NCBI RefSeq assembly: GCF_040938485.1
Contig: NW_027271115.1
Coordinates: 1,426,001 to 1,490,000, forward strand
DNA from: Diadema antillarum
Taxonomy: Eukaryota
Length of the DNA: 64,000 nt
Reading direction: 5' to 3'
The first letter of the stretch is position 1. The number at the start of each line of letters is the position of its first letter. Positions 50,901-61,500 of the stretch are shown one piece after another. The notes below the pieces were generated by a model. It made no database searches and was not told the origin of the DNA. It saw nothing but the letters and a program-made list of their open reading frames with translations. Both the position numbers and the translations under genes were made by a program.

Positions 50901-53356
50901 CGTGATAGTGTTAGATGCCAGAGCCCAGAGGATCATCGAGGTGAGATTCACATGATTGGCTTAAAAAGCAAAATAGTTCCTTGATATTCTCATTTATTAT
51001 ATATGATATAGTGAAATGTCTATATATGTTCTTTTTGAAAAATGAAATAAAATTTGAATTGAATTGAATTGAATTGAATTTAATTGAATTGAATTAAAAA
51101 TAAAAGTCGTAGCCCCTTCACATCAGCGCAGGGAGGATTTCTTCAGGGAAATAAGGGTTAATAGGTTAGCCTTGGTTGTTGATGAGGGGACGTTAGGCAA
51201 CATGATTGATCTTAATTGTGGACGTCATTGTAGGAGGCCATGTAGCCTATGTTTGTTTTGATTTTCTGGCGGATGCTTTGTCATGTCTTCGTCAGGTTGT
51301 CTTCCTCGCAAGTTGTTTCCACGACGTCTGAACCGTGATGGCCAAGATTGGTGGGCTCCATAGCAAATTCTATACCCAAATTGATAAACCTACGAACAAA
51401 AATCTCCACTTTACACTTCTCATGGATGAAATGGACTGAAATGGATTATAAAGTTTTGTTTATGATATGCTGGTTTCAGTTGTCATTCTCAAATCAAGTG
51501 TCCAGGCGATTTGAAGGCATGGACAGAAAATCCAGCACCATTAATTTACCATACTTGACCGCATCTCCTAAAACAAGGAAAACGAGAATAAACGATAGAC
51601 GTGCATTCTTAGTACAGTGTATAATACTCGATGTCACAAATCGAGAGTTACGATACAAACGTCCGGTCGATCTCTGTTGCGAGCAGGTCATCCACACGGA
51701 CGACCAGCCCACGTCACTGCACTACGTTCCACATGTGGACTCGCTCTGGGTGCTGTGCCGTCTGTCCGAGGAGGAGAAGGCGGCTGGTCGCCAGTCCATC
51801 GTCGTCATCAAATCGGCAAGCAGGCCAGGCCCCCACCACACGGTGCACACAGAGCCCGTCGGACACGACTTCGACCTGGTGGAGGCGCTCTACATTCCCA
51901 AGGAGCAGATACCAATGCAAGTGAGTAATGACTGTACCCTACTGTACTCACTCCCCCGTTTCCGGCACTTTAATGTTCGAGAAGAAAGATGTTTCAAAGA
52001 ACTAAAAAACACAACAAATGAGCAGCGGCGGTGCACATTGTCTCTGCAGGTAGACAGCCGGCAAAATCTATCATAAATTTAATGATGATTCAATGAATAA
52101 TACTGCTCCGTAGCTTTCAAAATGAAGTACCGCTCCTTGTCTCTTTTGACTTCAATGAAATAGATTCAAATGAAATAAACATTATGGCACAATAATTATT
52201 CAATCAAATCGGGCGAAACATAAAAAACGGAGTTTAAAGTTTGACATTCATAAAGTTATACCGTAGAGTTAACGCGCGAAAGCAAATTGAAATCTGGAAT
52301 ATCACGCATGTGTGGATATATTTTGATTCAAATTTAAGTCGCCGGGATGCCGAAATTCTGTCCAAGATGTTTTCCCGTCAGCACAAAGAGTTTGATACTC
52401 TTCCACAGACAGATATTACAGAGATTATCACGAAAGCAACACTGGACGTCAAAAGGACTGACACAAGTAAACTTTCAGATTATTTGGTATGATATAATAA
52501 TCAAAATATGCATATATATCGGAGATGCTTCTCTCAACGAAATTAATAAGCGATACTTCTGGGATGCCAAGATATGGTATGCATAAAGTTTTCCATGTAA
52601 GGTAGCTCAGACCTAACAAAGAGTTCTTTGTGTTTGTCTGAACAGGGTACGATGAACTTTGGCTACACTGTACATCACAACCAGCTTGGCCTGAACAAGA
52701 TCGACCTCACCCGCATGGAACGCGTCGCCCAGATCGACCTTACGGCCTACCAGTGCCACCCCGAATCGCTCAACTTCGTCGCCATCGGCGGCAACGTTGT
52801 CATCAACTGCGCCGGCAGGGATGGTCAGCCCGCCAAACAGATCATCCTCGACTACATCACCGACAGCGTCGTCAAGGTCAACGAGGGCATTCGTGGTCAC
52901 CCGTACGTGGCGCCTGACGGCCGCTACATCATCAGCGTCGACGTTGACCACCAGTACGTGCACGTTCAGAAGGTCCTGCCGGAGTCGGGCAAGATCAAGA
53001 CCGCCTTTGAGGTAAAGACCAACCTGCGCATCAGCGACGTCGGTTTCTTCCCGAGCAAGACAACACATACCTACGACGTCTTCGCCACATCCCGCGACCA
53101 GCCCGACATCCTCTTCATCGATCTCGAAAGCGGCTACGTGAAGACCATCACGGGAGTGCACAGCCCCATCGATCCTCAGGACTGGCCCTGGGACAGCCAC
53201 AATCGGAGGATTGTACACAGCGGCCTGTTTGCCCCCTACCTGGTCACCCCAGCCGCCCACCACGAAATCGTCATCAATGGTCTTCTACGCAAGGTCCACT
53301 GCGACATCGATGACATTGCTGAAGCCAATGTGATTGTCTGGATCGGCGTATGCTAA
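36427..53356 (+). CDS. FSTL4/5-like: Follistatin-related protein 4/5-like gene, span of 11 reconstructed coding exons; 5' signal-peptide exon not found
   Basis: Join 36427-36475, 41459-41734, 42583-42714, 47253-47459, 48248-48417, 48824-48944, 49657-49812, 50033-50161, 50666-50940, 51687-51920, 52646-53356 = 2460 nt, open to TAA, with GT-AG introns and matching phases. The domain order Kazal, EF-hand x2, Ig x2, then a long C-terminal region ending VIVWIGVC matches vertebrate FSTL4/FSTL5 as I recall them. Confidence 0.93.
36565..36763 (+). repeat. Dispersed repeat, copy 1
   Basis: Colinear with 43131-43336: tttttctattga.attg.ca.atacc, gtggatgtg.tggcaagcaccat.tata, cttgaataatca, agatgctcatct, gaactggc. 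Confidence 0.8.
41459..41734 (+). CDS. FSTL4/5-like: FSTL4/5-like exon: follistatin/Kazal domain and start of Ser/Thr linker
   Basis: Translates ACSRVECPKGSECFVNKTTNTAECICRPYCKPHYKPVCGSDGVIYDNHCELHRAACLSGTRIVVHNNGC, a ten-Cys follistatin module with PVCGSDG. AG at 41457-41458, GT at 41735. Confidence 0.96.
41905..41995. repeat. (AAT)n/(GAT)n compound microsatellite in an FSTL intron
   Basis: aataataataat followed by gatgatgatgat... Confidence 0.9.
42583..42714 (+). CDS. FSTL4/5-like: FSTL4/5-like exon: linker and helix before the EF-hands
   Basis: PSPSMTPTTRLICTPEETAQLKEELVAHYREQFNNPEDVDLPP. Acceptor tttctAG; donor GTAA is immediately followed by an N gap. Phase 1 to 1. Confidence 0.8.
43131..43336 (+). 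repeat. Dispersed repeat, copy 2
   Basis: Same blocks in the same order and orientation as 36565-36763. Confidence 0.8.
47253..47459 (+). CDS. FSTL4/5-like: FSTL4/5-like exon: two EF-hands
   Basis: Loops DTDGDDAISREE and DVNGDDKLSGLE. Acceptor ggcAG, donor GTAAGA, phase 1 to 1. Confidence 0.93.
48248..48417 (+). CDS. FSTL4/5-like: FSTL4/5-like exon: Ig domain 1, first half
   Basis: VGDNIALPCELSSDHRLEIRWTRNNVPL has the Ig B-strand Cys and C-strand Trp. ttttcAG acceptor, GTAAAG donor. Confidence 0.92.
48824..48944 (+). CDS. FSTL4/5-like: FSTL4/5-like exon: Ig domain 1, second half
   Basis: LYTGDTSLYLTDITLMHAGTYSCYAEGYEEVKQSHVLQVQ (AGTYSC motif). ccacAG acceptor, GTAACT donor. Confidence 0.93.
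49657..49812 (+). CDS. FSTL4/5-like: FSTL4/5-like exon: Ig domain 2, first half
   Basis: VPPTVSVCPRNQLRTEGSRARVQCHAEGIPTPQKTWTRNN; CHAEGIP.P is typical of FSTL4/5. tgacAG acceptor, GTAGGC donor. Confidence 0.94.
50033..50161 (+). CDS. FSTL4/5-like: FSTL4/5-like exon: Ig domain 2, second half
   Basis: GKNSSVVVQNISYRDTGEYACKATNPVAERSESASVFIQEEDH (DTGEYAC motif). ggcAG acceptor, GTAAGG donor. Confidence 0.94.
50666..50940 (+). CDS. FSTL4/5-like: FSTL4/5-like exon: start of C-terminal beta-propeller-like region
   Basis: HVFYLFHRDGIQTFEPDTC...KCVWSDAVSVDDRYIYVTQPFENRVIVLDARAQRIIE. cctcAG acceptor, GTGAGA donor. Confidence 0.94.
51054..51095. repeat. (GAATT)n pentamer tract, possibly a retroelement tail
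   Basis: gaattgaattgaatt preceded by aataaaa; the same pattern as the tail at 60447 on the other strand. Confidence 0.85.
51687..51920 (+). CDS. FSTL4/5-like: FSTL4/5-like exon: C-terminal region
   Basis: VIHTDDQPTSLHYVPHVDSLWVL...PHHTVHTEPVGHDFDLVEALYIP. gagcAG acceptor, GTGAGT donor, phase 0 to 0. Confidence 0.93.
52646..53356 (+). CDS. FSTL4/5-like: FSTL4/5-like last coding exon
   Basis: 237 codons GTMNFGY...GHPYVAPDGRY...DWPWDSHNRRIVHSGLFAPYL...NVIVWIGVC-stop. aacAG acceptor; strongly C/G-ending codons. Confidence 0.96.
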   Translation, partial: GTMNFGYTVHHNQLGLNKIDLTRMERVAQIDLTAYQCHPESLNFVAIGGNVVINCAGRDGQPAKQIILDYITDSVVKVNEGIRGHPYVAPDGRYIISVDVDHQYVHVQKVLPESGKIKTAFEVKTNLRISDVGFFPSKTTHTYDVFATSRDQPDILFIDLESGYVKTITGVHSPIDPQDWPWDSHNRRIVHSGLFAPYLVTPAAHHEIVINGLLRKVHCDIDDIAEANVIVWIGVC

Positions 53357-55533
53357 AGACAGTAAGATTCACGAATGCGTCGTGATGATGAAAATAGACG
53401 GAAGGACTTAAACTTTCCAATTACGGACAGTTTACATTCGCGCTCGTTTTCTATTTACGTTTCTTATTTTCTAAATTCTATGCACAAGATGTAGAAGATT
53501 TCTTATTTTTATGTATGTATTTGCTTTGCTGTTTTTTCAAGTGCAATGTATGTGTTAAGTAGTGTGTAAAAACAAAGATAATCTGCAGTACTTTACCAAC
53601 AGTTTAAAGATAGATGTAAGACGGGATGTGTAGGTATTGGAAATTATGTTTGTGGAGCGCAGCATCATTGTTTTTTGTGTTGTACATATATCTTTCTCTG
53701 ATGTACAGACTGTTGATGTGGTAGAAAGACATACTTTAGACTAGATAGAAACGTTAAGGCATACCTTTATATTGTATGTATAGCTTGGGATTGCATAAAT
53801 ATCGTTATGACGACGCTGGATTGTGATGAAACTGTTCAATCAAGGTACAGATTTACCACACTATCTGGAGTACGTGCAACGCCACTGAAACACGCACGGC
53901 ACACGTACAGGATGGGAATTCTACTTCTTTTCAGGAGAATGAGATCTGCATTGTCATGGGATTGGTGGCCAAACAGAAAGACGAATACGAAGGAGGAGAA
54001 GAAGAAAAAGGAAGAAGAAGAAGAAGCAGAAGAAGAAGAAGAAGAAAAAGAAAAAGAAGGAAAAAAGCGGAAGGAACCAAAGAATCTTTGTAGAGTAACG
54101 TGGCTCCAAAGTTAATGTGGGTTAAAAGAGAATAGTGATTATTAGACATAGTGGGTACTGGTATTTGAACTAGCAACAGAAAGTATGTTTTAACTTCTCT
54201 GACAATATGTCCATGACAACCTCACAGAATGCCAGCAAACAAAATGTAACGCTGATGTCTTATGTAAAACGACAAAATTTCAAATAAAGAAAGTGGCAAA
54301 TTGTTTAGGTTTGTTATCTGTAGACACTGTTAAGCACTTTTGTACACAGGAAAATTTTAATCTTTACGATCTTAATCAATTACAGAGACTACAGGCGCAG
54401 AAGTAGACTATTTCGAGATGTAGAATTTACTCCAATAACGGCGATGTATTTAGTGGGGTTTTTTTTCTTTGCAATATTAAGCACTTCCTTACATTGTTGC
54501 TTTCTTGCACTATTCGTTTCCAATTTTTTGGCGGTTTCTTTGTTGTGTTTAATCGGCAATAAGCGCAGTCACGTTGAATATGGTATGAGTAGAAAGTTCT
54601 CGCCCAACACGTATTAATCCGCAGCATGTAAATACAAAAGCTCTCAGAAGATTGCTGATTGTTGTACTTTGTGAATGATGAGGATGAGCTTGGAGAGCAG
54701 ACGACACTTGGTTTAACCATTTTCTCCCGCCTTTCACTGTGACAGCAATTCGTGATAGTTTGGCAAATATTCGTAATTGGAATTGATCACTTTTGGCAGG
54801 AGGTGCATTCCGCCATCATTTTCATAACGTTTGGTCTCACGCAGCTCTTCTTGGTTACATTTGTCGACTTGTACAATGGTACTATACCTTGACTGATTTC
54901 TATATCCGCCACAAGTGTATCAATAATATCAAAATGGAGACCAAAGATTAATTTGTAGGAAGGTCTGTGACGCACATCGTCCCATGTCAAACAAGTAACG
55001 CATATCATTTCATGTAGTTGGGGCCAGGTCGTTCGAAATTGATGGTTTGTCGACTTTGTTGAAATTCTGCGTGTATTTTTCGATGATCAAACAAAATCCA
55101 TATCAGTTAGGCACCCCGTTGTGCTTTCGTTTGAGCATCGAAACTTCACCAGTCATTTTTATCTGTTCAAACTTCATCATGACTAGCACGGAAGGTGATT
55201 TACAACTGCAAGGTCAATGTATAGTTGGAAACAATAGACGGAACCATGAAACAGCTTTAACTATTAACACTTTAATAGGTGTCAGGTTATGACGTCCATG
55301 TGATGCCAACAGCATATGAATTCAAAAAGCATCTCGGTTGATTTGTTTTAAATATATATTGTCCAGAGTTTCAATAGCCTCGTTTTGCTGGATTTAAGGT
55401 CTCATGTTCAAGCGTTTTATTTCTTATTCATGTTTAGCAAGTGAGTTGATATATATGGATGCATTATTTGAATCAACAAGTTTCTTGGCTTGTGATATAA
55501 GAATTTGTAGGTAGGTACAAACATTCAATTGTA

Positions 55534-55539
55534 AATAAA
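55534..55539 (+). terminator. Candidate polyadenylation signal for the FSTL4/5-like gene (another AATAAA at 54283-54288)
   Basis: AATAAA downstream of the stop codon. The hexamer is common in AT-rich DNA, so it is weak evidence alone. Confidence 0.3.
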
Positions 55540-58081
55540 ATGTACTTTATTAACACAGTTAATGGGGAGAAGCTCGTGATATTTGGATGTTTTATTAATT
55601 CAGTAGATAGGATGTAACTTGTGCATACTCATCTTATGGCATCGCATGTAAAGACCTGACTGAACTTTGTGGAAAAATTGAGCTTTCCTCTCAGTGTATA
55701 GGGCGAGCTAACAAATAGACGCAGAATCCAAGACAGACAGGAATACATGTGGTATCAAGAAAATGTTGCTTCTACCTTTCTCTTTTGCAGCGTAATTGTA
55801 TTCGTGAGTCGCCCAACTGTGGCAGACGAAGTAAGAACTGGCATTAATTGTATTCATCCGTTTTTGTAGAGTAGACGGGCTGTTTCGGCCCCGTTCGTGC
55901 ACTTTATAGTATACTATTTCACTAGCAATTACAGATGTAACCAGCTCTGGAATTCATGGCTTAATTACATAAGGAGAGAGAGAGAGAATCAATGTGTCTA
56001 TTTCTCATTGTAATTCTTTACTCGGTCAATAGGACGCAAACAACGATAAAATCCCTGAAAAAGTTTGGTTCATGTGAATTCTAGAAAAAAAAAAAAACCA
56101 CCCCGATGCCTAGTATATCGATGTGGGATAGAGGTGGCGCTTGGGTATTGTACTTATATCGATTTTTCATGAGGAGAAAGTTTTTTTTTTCCTTCTACAA
56201 TGTAATACGTTGATTGGTAATCATCGTTAACAACATTTATAAGTATAGAGGCGTTCTAAATATAAATCCGAATGTACTGTATGAATGATAAAGCGTTTAC
56301 ATTGGAGAAGAGTTAGAATACAATTTTTTTCTGTGTTATTGTAGGCATGAAGACAATGCGTTCTTTCTCTGCTGAATGGGCGACGTGTAATGATGAAATT
56401 ATGTAAGTGTTGTTGTAGGGTTTTTTTTTTCCTCTGCCACTCATCCAAGCGTTTGTGACGCCATTAATTAGGCATATATCATGCGTGCATTCAACTTCCT
56501 GTGGCAGAATGATTATCAACAATGATGTAGGCACAGACACCATGTAGTATGGTACCTCGCTGTGATTGAATAAACAAAAATAAACCAACAATCACAATGT
56601 GTTGAGTAAGCATCGCTTACTGTCGCGATAATCCAGTGTTTTAGCTTATTCAAATCCAGACATCTTATTACATGGTGTTTGGCAATTTCTTCTCCTTGAA
56701 CTTGTTCATGCGATATGGTTTTTACAACTTTGTTATTCGTATTTTGTTTTTGTTTTATAGGTGGGGGGGGGGGGGTGGGAGGGGTCGTGTAAAGAAAGCG
56801 GTATCTGATCGTAACTCTTTGTTGAATATTGATTGTAAACAAATTTGTCGGTGGCCGGTACATTTCTGTGGGATAGTTTGGTTGTTGTGTCATTTTCCCT
56901 TTATATGGGTGATGGTCCAAAAATTGTGTGTATATAAAATATTGCCACATCTGTCTGTGAAAGGGCGACTTTCGCCCGAACATAAACTGGGCAGGCAGGA
57001 AGGATGACCCAATGATGTCAACTCCACATCACTTTCCTCAAACTTACCACAGATTAAATGCTTGTGCACATGCATGGGAGAGAAGATTATGACGACAAAA
57101 TAGACAAGGTGTCAGAATGTCGACATCTTTTTTTATTATCATTTGATATCAATGACTTGCTCTTTAATTCTAGAACTCTTGCTGACAAACTTCAAGTTAT
57201 CTCTCTATGTATGAATGTATAATCCTCACGTCGTCTTTGTCATGTACCCATTTGATACCATGCTTCTGTAAGAAAAAAATCTACTACTACTACTACTACT
57301 ACTGGGTGTAAAACTATATTTCCGTGACATCTGATATAACGCTTTGTGACAAAGTGATGAGTAAAAACGAGTGTCGAAAAAGGAGGAAAAACGTCAATCA
57401 TGGTCTCAGTCACGTGTATTCATTTTACAGTCTATATGTGCTCTCGATTGCCTTTTTTTGAAGAGTTTATCGCAAAATCGGCGAAGCACCATTTTTAAAC
57501 ATTTTAAAATTATTTCATCCTTAGAACGAAAATAAAATCTTTTCAGTGATACCTAACTTGTAACATAACAAGGATTTTTCTTGAACTTATGATTAAAAAT
57601 ATCCCGTATTTTTGTATTATTTTCTATGTTCTTTTAGCAGCTTTAATCGCCAATATCTCAACTTTACAAGAAATGAGTTAGCTCGCTTTGCGATGAACTC
57701 TTCACTTATTTTGTAGTCGTCTAAAATGCGCACAGCATAAAACTGGCTACAAAAATCTACGAAATAATTACGAACAGAGTTCAGAATCACAAGAAAGACT
57801 TTCCTATTAATTAAAATTCTCCACGCATCACAAATATTCGATTTTTTTTCTGCATTTCATCCAACAAGAATTAAACACAAAGTCAACGTCGACATACTTA
57901 GTGAAAGATGCTCAATGGTACTGCATAATAATTCGATTTGCCACAGTTGTGAGAGATGAAAATTGCACTGCACACGGTTTTCACAAAATTTGATGTGCAC
58001 CTCTAAATCAAAAATTATCCATAGCAACTCCAAAAATGTGGTAAGAAAGCAAAACCTACAACAACGTTATCACATCAAGAT

Positions 58082-58087
58082 TTTATT
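58082..58087 (-). terminator. Candidate polyadenylation signal for the aGPCR
   Basis: AATAAA on the minus strand about 360 nt after the TGA. Confidence 0.3.
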
Positions 58088-58444
58088 ACATGAAATTAAT
58101 AATCTAGGACAAGGTAAAGACATAATATTATCCAATCATGTTCCGCAACCACTTACTAACACTGCATATTCAAGTGAAATATACCATAGAGATAAAATAA
58201 AAGGGTACTGAGAGAATCTCGATCTGCAAAGAATGTATGAAGCAAGTCCTCTACAGTCACAAGCGCCTCAGTCGGGTGCATAACAGTTACCGCGGAGCAG
58301 ATTGTAATACAAGATAATTGAAGAAAAAAAAGAATAGTGACATTTAAGACCATGGTATACACAGGCCATTTAGTATCATATCAAGGCGGTAGAGGTTGAT
58401 GAGTAACAGTCTCACTCTGTTTGCTGGAGCATGGGTGCCGATCA

Positions 58445-58552
58445 TCACTTTGTCTTGGTCATAACGGAAGTTCCATTGTCATTGGTCATAGTGGAAGTTC
58501 CATTGTCATTGGTCAAGCGGCTTCTTGACCCACGGTAGATGACTGTGCGCAC
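58445..58552 (-). CDS. aGPCR last coding exon: helix 8 and short tail
   Basis: VRTVIYRGSRSRLTNDNGTSTMTNDNGTSVMTKTK-stop. ttttttaccAG acceptor, TGA at 58447-58445. Confidence 0.85.
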   Translation of the reverse strand: MRTVIYRGSRSRLTNDNGTSTMTNDNGTSVMTKTK

Positions 58553-61500
58553 CTGGTAAAAAAAAAACATGAACAACGATACTAATGGTAATAATGGCAA
58601 TATATCAAAATGATCCCACTTTGATTTGAATTTAAATGTGAATTATGAAATTGCTTCACATGGCCACTCGGAAGCAACATATAATGGGGATAAGATGTCT
58701 TGTCAAGGGACACAACCGCTGCAGGAAGAAGTCTCGAACCAGAGACCGCGTGAATGATAGTCTCTGGTGTCATCCACTGAACCACAGCACCTCCTTGATA
58801 ATTACGAGAGTATACCAAAGTAATTTGTCTATTGGAATATGTAACAACAGACAATATCATCATTGGCAATATTTTGCATACATAGTATAAACAACAAAGT
58901 AATGAGAAAATGAAAACAAAGTTTTTAAGTTTGAATTTGAAGTGTTGATTTACCTCTGGATTCAGCATGCAGAAGAACACGAACATCAGTGTACCCTGCG
59001 GAAAATCAAAGCACAGAATATCGTGATAACTAAAAATTATAGACTTATCAAAAATCTGATGACAAGTAAAGTAATATCCGTGCTCGGCAGAAACAAAACA
59101 AAACAAAGAGAGAGAAAACAGCATTTTTAAAAATGTTGAACAATGATGGGGGAACAACATTTTCCATCATACTACATCTAAAAGTGAAGGCAAAAAGATT
59201 TCAGTTGCTTCCGCTCAATTTTTTTTTTTTGGAAAAGATAATATAAATAAAGGAAAGAGCACCATTATGATATTATTTTGTGATATTTGAATATGTCTAG
59301 TATTGTGCAAACAATCAGTGCAACGATCATCTTATTTTTGTAAGCCGTGGCTATGAAATTTTCTTATTCGTACAACCACACACTCAGCGAAAATGACAAG
59401 ACAATAATAATAGTGTTACGTGAGGATACTTACATAAGAAAGCTTTCCTTGACGTCGCATTTCATTTTACCGCGCATAAATTTTTGAGATCGCTATGACT
59501 ACATTATCTTTTTATTACAGACGTCACTGTGCATACTCTTTTAGTTTTTCTTCTCTTAAAGATGAAATGTAACAGAAGGATACTATTAGGATGCCCTCAT
59601 AGGGTCAGAGGCACGCAGCTTACCTGGGACATGTTGAATACTTGGAACAAGTATTGGTACGTCATCAGTGGGTTCATCTTGTAGAGGGCGTGGAATGTCC
59701 AAGTGGTGGCCAGAGTGAACGTCAGGATTACCGAAGATGGTAGGTACAGCCTAGATAGGACGAATAATCCCATATTATTTTAACGATCAACATTTATTTT
59801 ACTTGCCAAAACTTGCAAAACTTGTAAAACCGTATACTGGGGATTGGCACAAAAGTACCTATTGATTGGAAAATTATATGCTACATGCAGACCCCTGTGT
59901 AAAGTTTACTGTGAAGATCGTGAAGATTGTAAAGGTGAAACAGAACGAATAGGTGACGATGTCAATGAAGAGAATGATTGTAACGATGATGAAGAAATGA
60001 CTAATATGATAATAATGATGAAAGAGAGTGACAGGATAAAGCAGAGAGGAAAAAGTCGAGAAAAGAAAAATGAAGAGGCGGACGGAGCAACTTCAGAACT
60101 GCAGAAAACGAGAACAATGGACTGCCTGACGTTTCTGAGATTCATCACCTCACAAAGGAGAATCATAATGACTAATGGTTGAAATTATTTTGGCGGGAAA
60201 TCAGGTCCGTACCTCAGTCTGCTCCACAATCGGTCCAGCCACATGGTGTACTCGTCATCGTTAGCCTTGGATTGGCTTTCAGTCTTCTGAAAGTAATAAC
60301 CCGTGACACAAGCCAGCACCAAATTCACCTGGAGGGAACAATGCACGTTTTCTTCTGTTATTATTTATTGATACAAGCCGCCGAAGATCATTTGGATAAA
60401 CAAATATCAATCAGGAACTTTACATAGTCTCGATTGAATGCATAGTAATTCAATTCAATTCAATTCAAATGAAATTTTATTTCCAATAGCACATGTTTGT
60501 TATCGATACGGATTAAAAATAACCAAAACGTGCAATATTACAACAAAAGAATATGCGTATATGGAACTAATTGTACAAAATAATTGCGTTAATGGAAAAG
60601 AGGGACCCACGTAGAAGACAAGCTTGTAGGAATGTGGGCCACTCAATACATCGAACTTACAATAGAATAAATGTAAAGGTATGGAAACACAAACACACAC
60701 CCTCACACACCCTCACACACACGCACACACAGGTTATGACCTTGTTTCAAAGATATTGCGAACATAATATTATACCTTATTGTTTCTTTGTTGATAAAAA
60801 TCGGCCCAAGGAGACTTCTGAATGAGTAAGGTAAACGTGCATCCCCCCACAAAAAAAAAAAAATGGAAAAAAACTCGTACGGAATACATGCGCCTGAAAT
60901 GTGTATAATTAAATCAAGAGTCCTATCACTGTAATCTTGACCCTCTAATTTGAATAGATCATTTAAAATCATCTGGGTTAATTCTTACCATCGCAGCGAA
61001 CCAGACTGATGCAAGGAATGTCTTGTACACCACCTCGGTAAACAGAAGCCAACAGCTTGAGAAAATAAAATGACCGATATTGAATTTTAATCATCCTCTT
61101 TTGACTGTCAAATCTGCAAAGATAACTATCCTGTATTTGGCAGTCATCTGGTTGGTATGAATTAAACTTATACGCATTTATACACAGGATGAGCAAAACG
61201 ACCAGCGGCTTGAGTAACGCGACGACGAGCACAGGTCAAAGGATGAAAAACAATGATTTCATGATTTTAAGCAAAATGTTGCTAAAATGAATCGGTTTGT
61301 TTTGTTTTACAGTGCAACCTTGATTGAGGTCCATTAAACGGACCTAAAGTTCGACCACAAAAATACCCACTGAAACCTAGCCACGACTATAACTCTCCCT
61401 GCTTCCTTTCAATAGATATTCGTATTTGAGAGAAACACACCCACCTCTCTGGTGTCCCGAAGGCGTAGGGAATCTTCGTGAAGAGTATCACCACCACGAT

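Noticed and set aside
51280-51345. Possible hammerhead ribozyme on the minus strand (GAAA...CTGACGA)
   Set aside because: No stem III with a GTH cleavage triplet, and stem II is out of register.
51348-52076. 242-aa ORF as a single coding unit
   Set aside because: Only 51687-51920 resembles FSTL and is bounded by splice sites; the rest is intron read-through.
52613-53263. 216-aa minus-strand ORF
   Set aside because: Antisense shadow of the GC-rich last FSTL exon; no independent motif or splice support.
57380-58100. Possible DNA-transposon remnants here and at 63640-64000
   Set aside because: They look repeat-like, but I could not define termini, a TSD or a second copy in the window.
59906-60166. 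Hydrophobic minus-strand ORF as an extra aGPCR exon
   Set aside because: Low-complexity complement of a purine-rich tract; the flanking exons already join in frame and complete TM5-TM6.
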